A stretch of DNA of 44,626 nt from Piromyces finnis finn (lineage: Eukaryota > Fungi > Neocallimastigomycota): assembly GCA_002104945.1 (NCBI GenBank), contig MCFH01000112.1, forward strand, positions 1 through 44,626, written 5' to 3'. Positions 1-8,711 of the stretch are shown here, piece by piece (within the stretch, counting starts at the first letter, position 1; each line of letters opens with the position of its first letter). The notes beneath the pieces were generated by a model, which was not told the DNA's origin, did no database searches, and saw nothing but the letters and a program-made list of their open reading frames with translations. The translations under genes were made by a program, and so were the position numbers.

Positions 1-13
1 ATCATATGTAAAT

Positions 14-676
14 ATGTTTACTGATAACCAACCTTACTTTGATCCATATCAAAACCAAAATTATAATCTATTTACTCAACATAGTGGTGGAACTAATTAT
101 AATTATTTTAATAATAATGATAGTCCATATACTTATAATGGATACTACAATAATAACTATAATAATAATTATGATAATAATAATAATTATAATAATTATA
201 ATATGCGATTCAATGGAAACTATAATATGAGAAATCAACGTTTTAATAAGAGAAATAATTACAGAAATAATTACCCAAATAATTTCAATACTAATAATAA
301 TAGTTATAGTAACAATTATAATAATAATTATAACAATAATTATAACAACTATCAAGGTGATCAAAATGCATATAATAATGGTTATAGTAAATACCCTTAT
401 AATTCTAGTACATTTAATAACAATAATTATTCCAATATGGAAGAAAATAAATCATATCAAAATTCCACTAATTATTCTAATAATGTTAATGCTAATAAAA
501 TGAATACTACTACTAATAAAGTTAATCAAACTACATCTCAAAGTCAAGTGAATATGTTTAACCAGTCTCAAAGAAATAAATGTTTTAGATGTCAACAAGT
601 AGGCCACAAAATGCAAGATTGCAAATATACATTCCAAGAACTTGCAGAAATGGAAACAAGGCCTTATAAACTCTAA
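14..676 (+). CDS. gag: Gag C-terminal part (N/Y-rich region plus CX2CX4HX4C zinc knuckle); the frame is open to the window edge; apparent 1-nt insertion near 654-656
   Basis: CFRCQQVGHKMQDC knuckle. The tail YTFQELAEME matches element B YTFKQLAEME. The +1 frame continues QGLINSNQNHLNL* (stop 696-698), matching B KGLLN*. Confidence 0.9.
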   Translation: MFTDNQPYFDPYQNQNYNLFTQHSGGTNYNYFNNNDSPYTYNGYYNNNYNNNYDNNNNYNNYNMRFNGNYNMRNQRFNKRNNYRNNYPNNFNTNNNSYSNNYNNNYNNNYNNYQGDQNAYNNGYSKYPYNSSTFNNNNYSNMEENKSYQNSTNYSNNVNANKMNTTTNKVNQTTSQSQVNMFNQSQRNKCFRCQQVGHKMQDCKYTFQELAEMETRPYKL

Positions 677-685
677 TCAAAATCA

Positions 686-720
686 TTTAAACTTATGAGT
701 GGGAGAAGGAATACTCCCAT
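686..720 (+). promoter_or_regulatory. -1 programmed ribosomal frameshift signal (element A)
   Basis: Slippery heptamer TTTAAAC (686-692), 7-nt spacer, stem TGGGAG(700-705)/CTCCCA(714-719). The -1 frame is the pol frame. Confidence 0.8.
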
Positions 721-3700
721 AAATCAAACCAATACTACTTTTGCTACAATATCAGTACCAGTAAATGAAGAAATTACTATTCCAGTAATAAGAAAAGCTA
801 AAAAGAATACTGATATTAAACCATATAAAAGAACTACCAAAGAAAAATTAAGTGACAATCCACAACCAATTAGAGTTCCAAGTAATGAGACTAGAGAACC
901 ATTAAATAATACTTATGAAGATATAATTGAAGTTCCAAATAACGAAGTAGAAATGGAGTCTGTAATTGAAAATGAAAATAATAATAATAATAATAATCTT
1001 AATAATAATTATAATAATAATATTAATAATAATATGAGTATGAATAATGACACTAATATAAATAATAATGAAAGTAATAAAATAGATAATAACATTAATG
1101 ATAATAATATTAATAATAACACTAATTCAACAGAAGCATTAAAACAATTAGATCCTTCATTCATTAATCAACCCACTATAGATAAAGCTAAACGAAATAA
1201 TAAAAAAGAACGAGAAAAGGAAATAATTGAACTAGCAAAAGAGATTGAACTTCCGAGTCAAAAGGAAAAAAATGTATCAAATGAAAAAGGAACAAAAAGA
1301 TTAGTTATTTCAGCAGATCAAGAAAAATATAATATAACTAAAGATATAGGTGAAAAATTTGCAAATATAACAATAGGCCAACTACTTGAAATTAGTCCTA
1401 AATTGAAAACGGAACTTTCAAAAGCACTAAAATTTACTAAAATTATTGAAGATGAATCTACAATTCTTTCTACCATAAGAAAAGATAAAGTCGTGAAATC
1501 AAAATGTAAAATAGAAGGAATAGAAACTACTGTATATTTGGACTCTTGTTCATCTATAAATATGATTACTAGAAGATTCTTATTAGAAAATAATATTCCA
1601 TTAAAACCAGTTTCAAAAATTAGAGAAACTTTATATCAAGCTTATTCCAATACTACTATTGAGTCGCATCTATATGAAATTGAAATTACTATTGGTAATA
1701 TAACATCTAAAGAAATATTTAGACTTATTGAAAAAGAAGATATATTCCAGGTCTTAATTGGTGTAGAAACTTTAGCTAATATGAAATTAATTATGGACTT
1801 TTCTGATCATACTTTATATCAGAAAACTGATGATATTCACAAAATTGGATCTTTTGAAAGTATTAATGAAATGAATCAAACTAACTTAATAGAAGAATTT
1901 GATGAAGAAATTAATCAAGATGCATTAATATATTACTTAACTAGTCAGAATGATAAATATCAAGATTTAGAAATTAAAACTACTAGTGATTCTAAATTAC
2001 AACTTATTAATAAAATAGTTGATGAAACACAAAAAGAAGCAAAAGACCAACTGAAGAATCTTTTAATAACTAATATAGATGTTTTAGCTAATGATACTGA
2101 TGATTTGGGTAAATCAAAATTATTAGCTCATGAAATTAAATTAAATCAAGATGATCCTATTAAACAGAAAATGTATCGTATTTCTAATAAAGAACATATG
2201 GAAATTCTAAAAGAAGAAATAGGAAAGCTTTTAAAGAATGATTTAATAGAACCATCACAATCATCTTGGTCTTCTCCAGTTTTATTAGTACCAAAAAAGA
2301 ATGGAAAATGGAGGATGTGTGTAGATTATAGAAAATTAAATTCTATAACAATAAAAGATTCATATCCACTTCCATACATCGAAGAAATATTATTTTCTAT
2401 TGGTAATAATGTAAAATATTTATCTACATTAGATTTATTCTCTGGTTTTCATCAAATACCAATGAAAAAAGAAGATATTGATAAAACATGTTTTACAACA
2501 ATATTTGGAAATTATAATTACAAAGTAATGCCTTTTGGTTTATGTAATGCTCCAGCAACCTTTCAAAGAGAAATGAACCGTATATTTCTACCACTTATTG
2601 GAAAATGTTTATTTGTTTATATGGATGACCTTTTAGTATTTTCTCCAAGTCTTGAACAACATATATTAGATCTTCAAAAGGTTTTTAATATAATAAAAGA
2701 AAATGGTATAAAAGCAAATCTTTCTAAATGTCATTTCTTAAAACAAGAAGTAGAGGTCCTTGGTCATATTCTATCAGTAGAAGGTGTCAAACCAGTTGAA
2801 AAGAAAATTGAAACTATTAAAAATTGGAAGTCACCAACAAACCTTACACAGCTAAGATCATTTTTAGGAGCTATAGGATATTACAGGAAGTTTATAAAAG
2901 ATTTTGCCCAAATTGCTCATCCATTATTTAAATTATTAAAAAAGGGTATGAAATTTGAATGGACATCTGAAACTGAAGAAAGTTTCCAAATACTAAAAGA
3001 AAGACTGATTAAGTCTCCTATTTTAAAATATCCTGACTATGATAAAAATTTTATTATAAGAACTGATGCATCACTTAATGGTATTGGTGGTGTATTACTT
3101 CAAAAAGATGAAAATAATGTTGAATATCCAATTCATTATGTTAGTAGGTCTTTAAATGATAGTGAAATTAATTATAGTATAACTGACTTAGAAGGAACCG
3201 CAGCTTTTTATTGTTGTAAGAAATTTAAATCTTATATAAGTGGGAATAAAGAAGAAACGATATTATATACTGACCATAAACCTTTAGTTGGCTTATTTAA
3301 TAATAAAGAACCAAATAATGCTCGTCAAACACGCTGGGTTACTACACTTAGTATGCTCAAGGTAAAAGTCAAATATGAACAAGGAAAGAAAAACGTAGTC
3401 GCTGATGCATTATCTAGACTAATACCAGACAATAAAAATGATATAAAAATTTCACTAGCTACCTTTAATAATAATGATGGTGAAACTACTAAAAATAATA
3501 TTTTAAATTCAAATAAAGATTTTTACTCTAAAAATAATGAAAATATAGTTTATTCTTGTAATTTTAATAATTCATGTATTAATGATAATGAAATAAATAA
3601 AAATAACAATATTAATCCTTATATTGATAAAAATATTGACTTAAATAAAAATTCTTGTGTTAATGAAAGTGTAAATTCAATTAAATATTCTAAACTTAAT

Positions 3701-5404
3701 AATGTTGATTTAAATAATTATATCTCTACTAATAATAATTCACATGGAAGTAAAAATATAAATATAAATTTTAAAAATGATATTGATAAAAGCAAGAATA
3801 ATAATTATTTTAAAAATAATGAAATAAATGAATTATCTGAATATGATAATGATATTGTTTATAATGAAGTAATGAATAGTGATATCAATGTCTTAAATGA
3901 TACTCGCAACTTAAATAATAAAATAGATATAAATAAAAATGATTTTCCTAAATTAAATGAAAATATTACAACTAGTTATAATAATTCTAACATCCATAAT
4001 AATCATAATAATATTCATTCATATGATCCATCTAATATTTTTAATATTGATAAAAATAATTATTTTAATATAGAAAATAAAATAAAAACATCCTCAGTCC
4101 CATCTGAAAATGGAAAAGAAGAATTATTAGATAATGATACTGACTCAGAAGCGGTTCTTGTAACTGACACATCTATTGATACTAGTGAAAATAATTCAAA
4201 TGAATATCCAGGAAGTAATAAAATTAAAGAATTTCTTAAAAAGAAAATTATCTTAATAAATGGAATAAAATATTATAAAGATGGAGACAATATCAGAAAA
4301 GTTGTTGAAGATAAAGAAGAGAAAATAGAATTACTATTAGCTGCGCATTCAATAGGTCATGAAGGATTTTATAAAACTTATAATAGACTGAAGAAAAGTT
4401 ATTATTGGAAAAATATGGCTAAAGATGTAGAACTACTTGTAAAAACTTGTCATGATTGTCAATTAAAGAGACCTCAACCTATTAATAGTGGTACTGAATC
4501 ATTTGCTACAAAGCCAGGTCTACCATTCACTAGAGTTGGTTTAGATATTATTGGACCACTACCAATAACTAAAAATAATAATAAATATATAATAGTACTT
4601 GTAGACTATTTTACCAAATGGGTTGAAGCTGAACCTCTAAAATCAATTGAATCTACGGATGTTATAAAATTTCTTACAAATGTATTTTCTAGACATGGTA
4701 CTCCAGAAATATTAATTACTGATAATGGTTCACAATTTACTTCTGATGCTACTAAAGGCTTTCTTGATTTATATGGTATATATGTTCAATATTCTAGCAC
4801 TTATCATCCAGAAACAAATGGACAAGTAGAAAATCGTAACAGAGAAATTGTTAAAAATATTCGACTATTAGGAGACTCAAATAAAGAATGGGACGAAGTT
4901 CTTCCATCGGCTTTATGGGCTCTACGTACTTGTAAAAATGAAGTAACAAAATTTTCTAGCTTTGAATTATTATATGGTCGTACTGACCTTCAACCATTTG
5001 AACTTATGATAGAATATAATAATAAAAATGAATATGAAACTCCAGAAGAATATTTAATAAATAAATTTACTACACATTGGGAATGGATTATTGAAGTTAC
5101 CAAAAATATTCAGAATGCTAATAAATTATGGGAAAATAGAAGAAAACAAAAAGCTTCAATGAATACTGCATTTTCAGCCGGTGATTTAGTACTTGTTAGA
5201 AATTTTTCAAGAAGAAAGTTAGATCCATTTTTCATGGGACCTTTCCGTATTATTAAAATGGAATTTAATACTGCTACATTATGTGACCCTATTAGTGGTG
5301 CAATAGCTGAAAGAAATGTTCATCAAAAGAATTTAGTTCATTATCATACTTGGCACAATGAGACTTCCAGGGACGAAGTCCAAACTCAAGTGGGGGGATC
5401 TTGA
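695..5404 (+). CDS. pol: Pol polyprotein (protease, RT, RNase H, integrase), 1569 aa from the first Met; probably made as a Gag-Pol fusion
   Basis: YLDSCSS (PR), WRMCVDYRKLN and YMDD (RT), IIRTDAS (RH), H-H-CHDC zinc finger, GLDIIGP/ITDNGSQF/GQVENRN (DDE), GPF motif. The stop codon TGA is the first 3 nt of the 3' LTR. Confidence 0.97.
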   Translation: MSGRRNTPINQTNTTFATISVPVNEEITIPVIRKAKKNTDIKPYKRTTKEKLSDNPQPIRVPSNETREPLNNTYEDIIEVPNNEVEMESVIENENNNNNNNLNNNYNNNINNNMSMNNDTNINNNESNKIDNNINDNNINNNTNSTEALKQLDPSFINQPTIDKAKRNNKKEREKEIIELAKEIELPSQKEKNVSNEKGTKRLVISADQEKYNITKDIGEKFANITIGQLLEISPKLKTELSKALKFTKIIEDESTILSTIRKDKVVKSKCKIEGIETTVYLDSCSSINMITRRFLLENNIPLKPVSKIRETLYQAYSNTTIESHLYEIEITIGNITSKEIFRLIEKEDIFQVLIGVETLANMKLIMDFSDHTLYQKTDDIHKIGSFESINEMNQTNLIEEFDEEINQDALIYYLTSQNDKYQDLEIKTTSDSKLQLINKIVDETQKEAKDQLKNLLITNIDVLANDTDDLGKSKLLAHEIKLNQDDPIKQKMYRISNKEHMEILKEEIGKLLKNDLIEPSQSSWSSPVLLVPKKNGKWRMCVDYRKLNSITIKDSYPLPYIEEILFSIGNNVKYLSTLDLFSGFHQIPMKKEDIDKTCFTTIFGNYNYKVMPFGLCNAPATFQREMNRIFLPLIGKCLFVYMDDLLVFSPSLEQHILDLQKVFNIIKENGIKANLSKCHFLKQEVEVLGHILSVEGVKPVEKKIETIKNWKSPTNLTQLRSFLGAIGYYRKFIKDFAQIAHPLFKLLKKGMKFEWTSETEESFQILKERLIKSPILKYPDYDKNFIIRTDASLNGIGGVLLQKDENNVEYPIHYVSRSLNDSEINYSITDLEGTAAFYCCKKFKSYISGNKEETILYTDHKPLVGLFNNKEPNNARQTRWVTTLSMLKVKVKYEQGKKNVVADALSRLIPDNKNDIKISLATFNNNDGETTKNNILNSNKDFYSKNNENIVYSCNFNNSCINDNEINKNNNINPYIDKNIDLNKNSCVNESVNSIKYSKLNNVDLNNYISTNNNSHGSKNININFKNDIDKSKNNNYFKNNEINELSEYDNDIVYNEVMNSDINVLNDTRNLNNKIDINKNDFPKLNENITTSYNNSNIHNNHNNIHSYDPSNIFNIDKNNYFNIENKIKTSSVPSENGKEELLDNDTDSEAVLVTDTSIDTSENNSNEYPGSNKIKEFLKKKIILINGIKYYKDGDNIRKVVEDKEEKIELLLAAHSIGHEGFYKTYNRLKKSYYWKNMAKDVELLVKTCHDCQLKRPQPINSGTESFATKPGLPFTRVGLDIIGPLPITKNNNKYIIVLVDYFTKWVEAEPLKSIESTDVIKFLTNVFSRHGTPEILITDNGSQFTSDATKGFLDLYGIYVQYSSTYHPETNGQVENRNREIVKNIRLLGDSNKEWDEVLPSALWALRTCKNEVTKFSSFELLYGRTDLQPFELMIEYNNKNEYETPEEYLINKFTTHWEWIIEVTKNIQNANKLWENRRKQKASMNTAFSAGDLVLVRNFSRRKLDPFFMGPFRIIKMEFNTATLCDPISGAIAERNVHQKNLVHYHTWHNETSRDEVQTQVGGS
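5362..5401 (+). promoter_or_regulatory. Pre-PPT hairpin and polypurine tract (element A)
   Basis: GACTTC-CAGGGAC-GAAGTC hairpin, then AAGTGGGGGGATCT directly before the LTR TG. Confidence 0.85.
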
Positions 5405-6505
5405 TACGCTACTCACATAAAAACATGATAAAAACTAGCTGAATAAACACGACTTAACCCATAGTAACTTATAATAAAAATAAACAATAATAACCCTTAA
5501 AGATGAATGAATAATAATTTTATGAAAATATAACCCTTTCTTTAAATAAATAATATTATCTTTATTATATAATAAATTCTGAGTAAAAACGACCTAATAG
5601 TGATAATAATAAAATAAATTATTAAATAAAATAAATTATTAAATAAAATAAAACGACTTAATCCAATAATGTACTAAAATAATAAAATAATAATAAATAA
5701 ATAAAAATGAATAAATAAACTAAAAATAAAATGATATACATCAAATTATTAATTCTAGTGTTTATCCAAGTGTTCTTTAGAAATACTCTTAAACTTATAA
5801 ATTAAAAAAATAACTAATTGAGTAATTATTACTAAAATGATAAACTTAAAACCTGGAAATAGAACAATAATAACAATTCCAAAGATAAAATACAGAACTC
5901 TTTTATGTTTCTGTATAAAATGAGTGTTTATAATAATTGATACTTTTAATATTTTAATTTTGTTAAATTTTTATTTTAATTTTATTTTAATTTTATTTTA
6001 ATATTATTTTAATTTTAAATTTTAATTATTTTATTCAAGGTATTATACATTTAATGATAGTCAATGATAATTTATAATAATTTTTCTAAATTTAAACATT
6101 TTGAAGTAATAAGAAAATCAAATAAGTAATATTCTATAATATTTTATAATACTAAGACATAATTTTAATTTATTCTTTTAATTTTAATAAATAATAACAA
6201 TAGTAATAATAACATTTAATAGTTAAAAATAATAATACATGTAATAAATGAAAATGTATAAAAGGAAGATAAAATTCTTCTTTATAAAGGCGGACAATAA
6301 ATAGACAATAAATAAATTATAAATATAATAAAGAGATAATTTAAACATAATAAAAAGAGTTTATTTTCGAGTTTTTGAGTGATTTATTTGTTAATTATAA
6401 AACATATTTTATTTTATTTTAAATTTATTGTTTCATCATAAATATTAGAATTTATTATTTATCAAAAATATTATATTATTCAAAAATATATCGGTCAACG
6501 CATCA
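5402..6505 (+). repeat. 3' LTR, family A (A1, 1104 bp)
   Basis: Follows the PPT. Termini TGATACG...GCATCA. Homologous copies at 28052, 29141, 35767 (-) and 36783 (-). Confidence 0.93.
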
Positions 6506-6509
6506 TTCT

Positions 6510-7137
6510 TGGTACACCACATTCAGAAAAATGCAATAAATCCATATATTTGGTAAATGAAATAACCCTTATAATATATATGGATTTAAATATTTTTATT
6601 TAATAAATTTATATAACGATAGTAATAATAAGAATGGTAAATTAAATTAAATTAATAACTTATAAATAATTTATTAAAGTAAAATAAACTTTTTATAATT
6701 TAATATAAGGATGATAAAAATATAATTATATAAGGAAGAGAAAGACGCGTATATATATAAAAAAGAAAAGAAGAGTTTTTAGTTTTTAGTTAGTTTTTAG
6801 TTAGTATATATTAGTTATATTATAAATAAAATAAAGATAAGGTGATAATAATAGAAGAATAAATAATATTATTGTTAGATTTAGTGAAGGAATTAATAAT
6901 AATATTAGTTTATTTTCTAAGATTATACCTATTTTTAAAACAAATAATAATATAAAATAATAATAAATAATACTTATAAATAATAAAGCTTGTAATAAAA
7001 ATAATAAAATAATAAACAAAATAATAAAATAATATATAATAAAAAAATATTCATCTAGAATATAAATTTGTTATTTATAACTGTTGTAGTGTCCCAAACA
7101 ATAAAGAAAAAGGTACTTATAATAAAATTCTGTACCA
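6510..7137 (+). repeat. 5' LTR, family B
   Basis: TGGTACA...TGTACCA, 628 bp, followed by the PBS. Confidence 0.96.
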
Positions 7138-7143
7138 AGTTTT

Positions 7144-7162
7144 TGGTGGAGAATCCGGGCGT
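7144..7162 (+). promoter_or_regulatory. Primer-binding site complementary to the tRNA-Ala 3' end
   Basis: TGGTGGAGAATCCGGGCGT. Its complement ends ...CCCGGAUUCUCCACCA, giving C72-C71-U70, the G3:U70 alanine identity pair. It lies 6 nt after the LTR. Confidence 0.85.
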
Positions 7163-7214
7163 ACAACAAGCAAATTTATGAAAATAGATGAGTAATAGAT
7201 AGAGATTATACAAA

Positions 7215-7254
<40 letters not shown>

Positions 7255-7632
7255 TTTATAATAATAATAATAATAAATTAATATATATAATAATAATAAT
7301 AAATTATATATAACTATTAAATTATATTATTTTAATTATTTAATTTGAAGAATACACATATTTCCACCAACCGCTTTGGGTAGATCGCGGCTGTTGAATG
7401 AAAAACTTCTTAGCTAAAGGCCTTCTACACCAAAGTCGATAATATAAGTAGTTCTAAGAATTAAATTTATTAAAATAAAATAGTTTATATTTATATATAA
7501 AATATACCATAAATTTATAATTAATACGCGTGTTAATAATAATAAAAATATAAAAATATATACAATTAGAAATCACGCGATATAATAAACAGACAAACAA
7601 TAATAAGAGTAATATTAGTTCATCTTTGAGAA

Positions 7633-8667
7633 ATGGATTTAACTACTATACGTAAAGAGGTTCCCAAACTTGATAACTATGGGAAGAATGTATGGGAATG
7701 GGTAGTGGATATGAACGACTTTTTGGATCTCTATGATTTAATTGAGCCTAGACAAGTGTATAATTGGGCTATGGCCGCAGTAGAGTCTGATACCAAAGAA
7801 GTTGTAAGAAGGTTAAAAATAAGAAGAAATAATGAAGTCCATTACCCATCACTTAAAGAAATACAAATAGCTATCGAAGAAGATATGAAGATTACTGAGG
7901 GAGATAAATGGACCCTACTTAGAAACATGAATATTGCGGAAGGAGAAACTATAAAAAAGTTTAATTATAGATATCGAAACTTGTATCATAATCTAAGTAG
8001 GGAATATCAGAAATTAATAACAGTGAAGGAATATAGAGACTCTATTAGTGCTCGTGTCTATCTGTGCTCCCAGGTAGGAATGTCTGATTGTGAGAACCTA
8101 CAAGAAGCTTACAAAATTGCTGAACGAGCTGAAAATACTGAGAGAGAAATTAAAGAGAAAAACAATGAACAAGTTAACCAAAGGAGAGGAACAAGGAATG
8201 TTACTTTAGCTGCCCAAAGTGATAATGTTCTATTAAATCATCCGATTTATACTGGACTTATGAATGATAATAAAGAGGATTCGCATAATTCATATTACGA
8301 CAGGAAGAATATTAACCAGAACTTTAGATATCCATATTTCAATAGAACTAGGACTAGCTACCGCAGAGTTTATGGAGGACAGTCTAATTGGAGCAACACC
8401 AATGGTTATGTAAATCAACAGAATGATAATAATAGTAGAATGGGTTTAATCCCTTATCAAGGCATGAATAAATCTTATTCTACAACAAGAAATGCGGAAA
8501 AAGGGGTATCCCTGATAGAACCAACCAATGCTATTCCAAGGGAGATTGATGAAAGAAATTCCGATATAAAATGTTTCAGATGTGGACAAAATGGACACAA
8601 ACGTATAGAATGTCCATATACTTTTAAACAACTTGCCGAAATGGAAGAAAAGGGGCTTTTAAACTAA
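7633..8667 (+). CDS. gag: Gag, 344 aa (capsid-like N-terminus, CCHC zinc knuckle)
   Basis: ORF after the PBS and leader; CFRCGQNGHKRIEC knuckle. Confidence 0.95.
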   Translation: MDLTTIRKEVPKLDNYGKNVWEWVVDMNDFLDLYDLIEPRQVYNWAMAAVESDTKEVVRRLKIRRNNEVHYPSLKEIQIAIEEDMKITEGDKWTLLRNMNIAEGETIKKFNYRYRNLYHNLSREYQKLITVKEYRDSISARVYLCSQVGMSDCENLQEAYKIAERAENTEREIKEKNNEQVNQRRGTRNVTLAAQSDNVLLNHPIYTGLMNDNKEDSHNSYYDRKNINQNFRYPYFNRTRTSYRRVYGGQSNWSNTNGYVNQQNDNNSRMGLIPYQGMNKSYSTTRNAEKGVSLIEPTNAIPREIDERNSDIKCFRCGQNGHKRIECPYTFKQLAEMEEKGLLN

Positions 8668-8692
8668 ACTCTGGGAGAAGGACAACTCCCAG
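8658..8692 (+). promoter_or_regulatory. -1 programmed ribosomal frameshift signal (element B, unit 1)
   Basis: T-TTA-AAC in the gag frame (8658-8664), 6-nt spacer, 7-bp stem CTGGGAG/CTCCCAG. The -1 frame is stop-free into pol. Confidence 0.9.
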
Positions 8693-8711
8693 TAAACAAA
8701 CCAATCTATCG

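Larger units (their letters stand above)
1..6505 (+). mobile_element. Ty3/Gypsy LTR retrotransposon, family A (5' part outside window)
   Basis: Gag with CCHC knuckle, then Pol in PR-RT-RNaseH-IN order (Gypsy order), polypurine tract, and 3' LTR TGATACG...GCATCA, followed by TTCT. Confidence 0.95.

Noticed and set aside
39-637. Short alternative-frame and antisense ORFs over gag; similar ones over B gag/pol (8446-12552, 14746-18852) and 43338-43520
   Set aside because: Shadow ORFs of real coding sequence with no recognisable motifs.
6801-7019. 72-aa minus-strand ORF inside each B LTR (also 13099-13317 and 19399-19617)
   Set aside because: I/L/F-rich translation of AT-rich LTR sequence; repeated only because the LTR is repeated.
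7144-7162. Possible tRNA gene
   Set aside because: Only 19 nt complementary to a tRNA 3' end including CCA, so it is a PBS. I found no tRNA or other Pol III gene in the window to explain the targeting.
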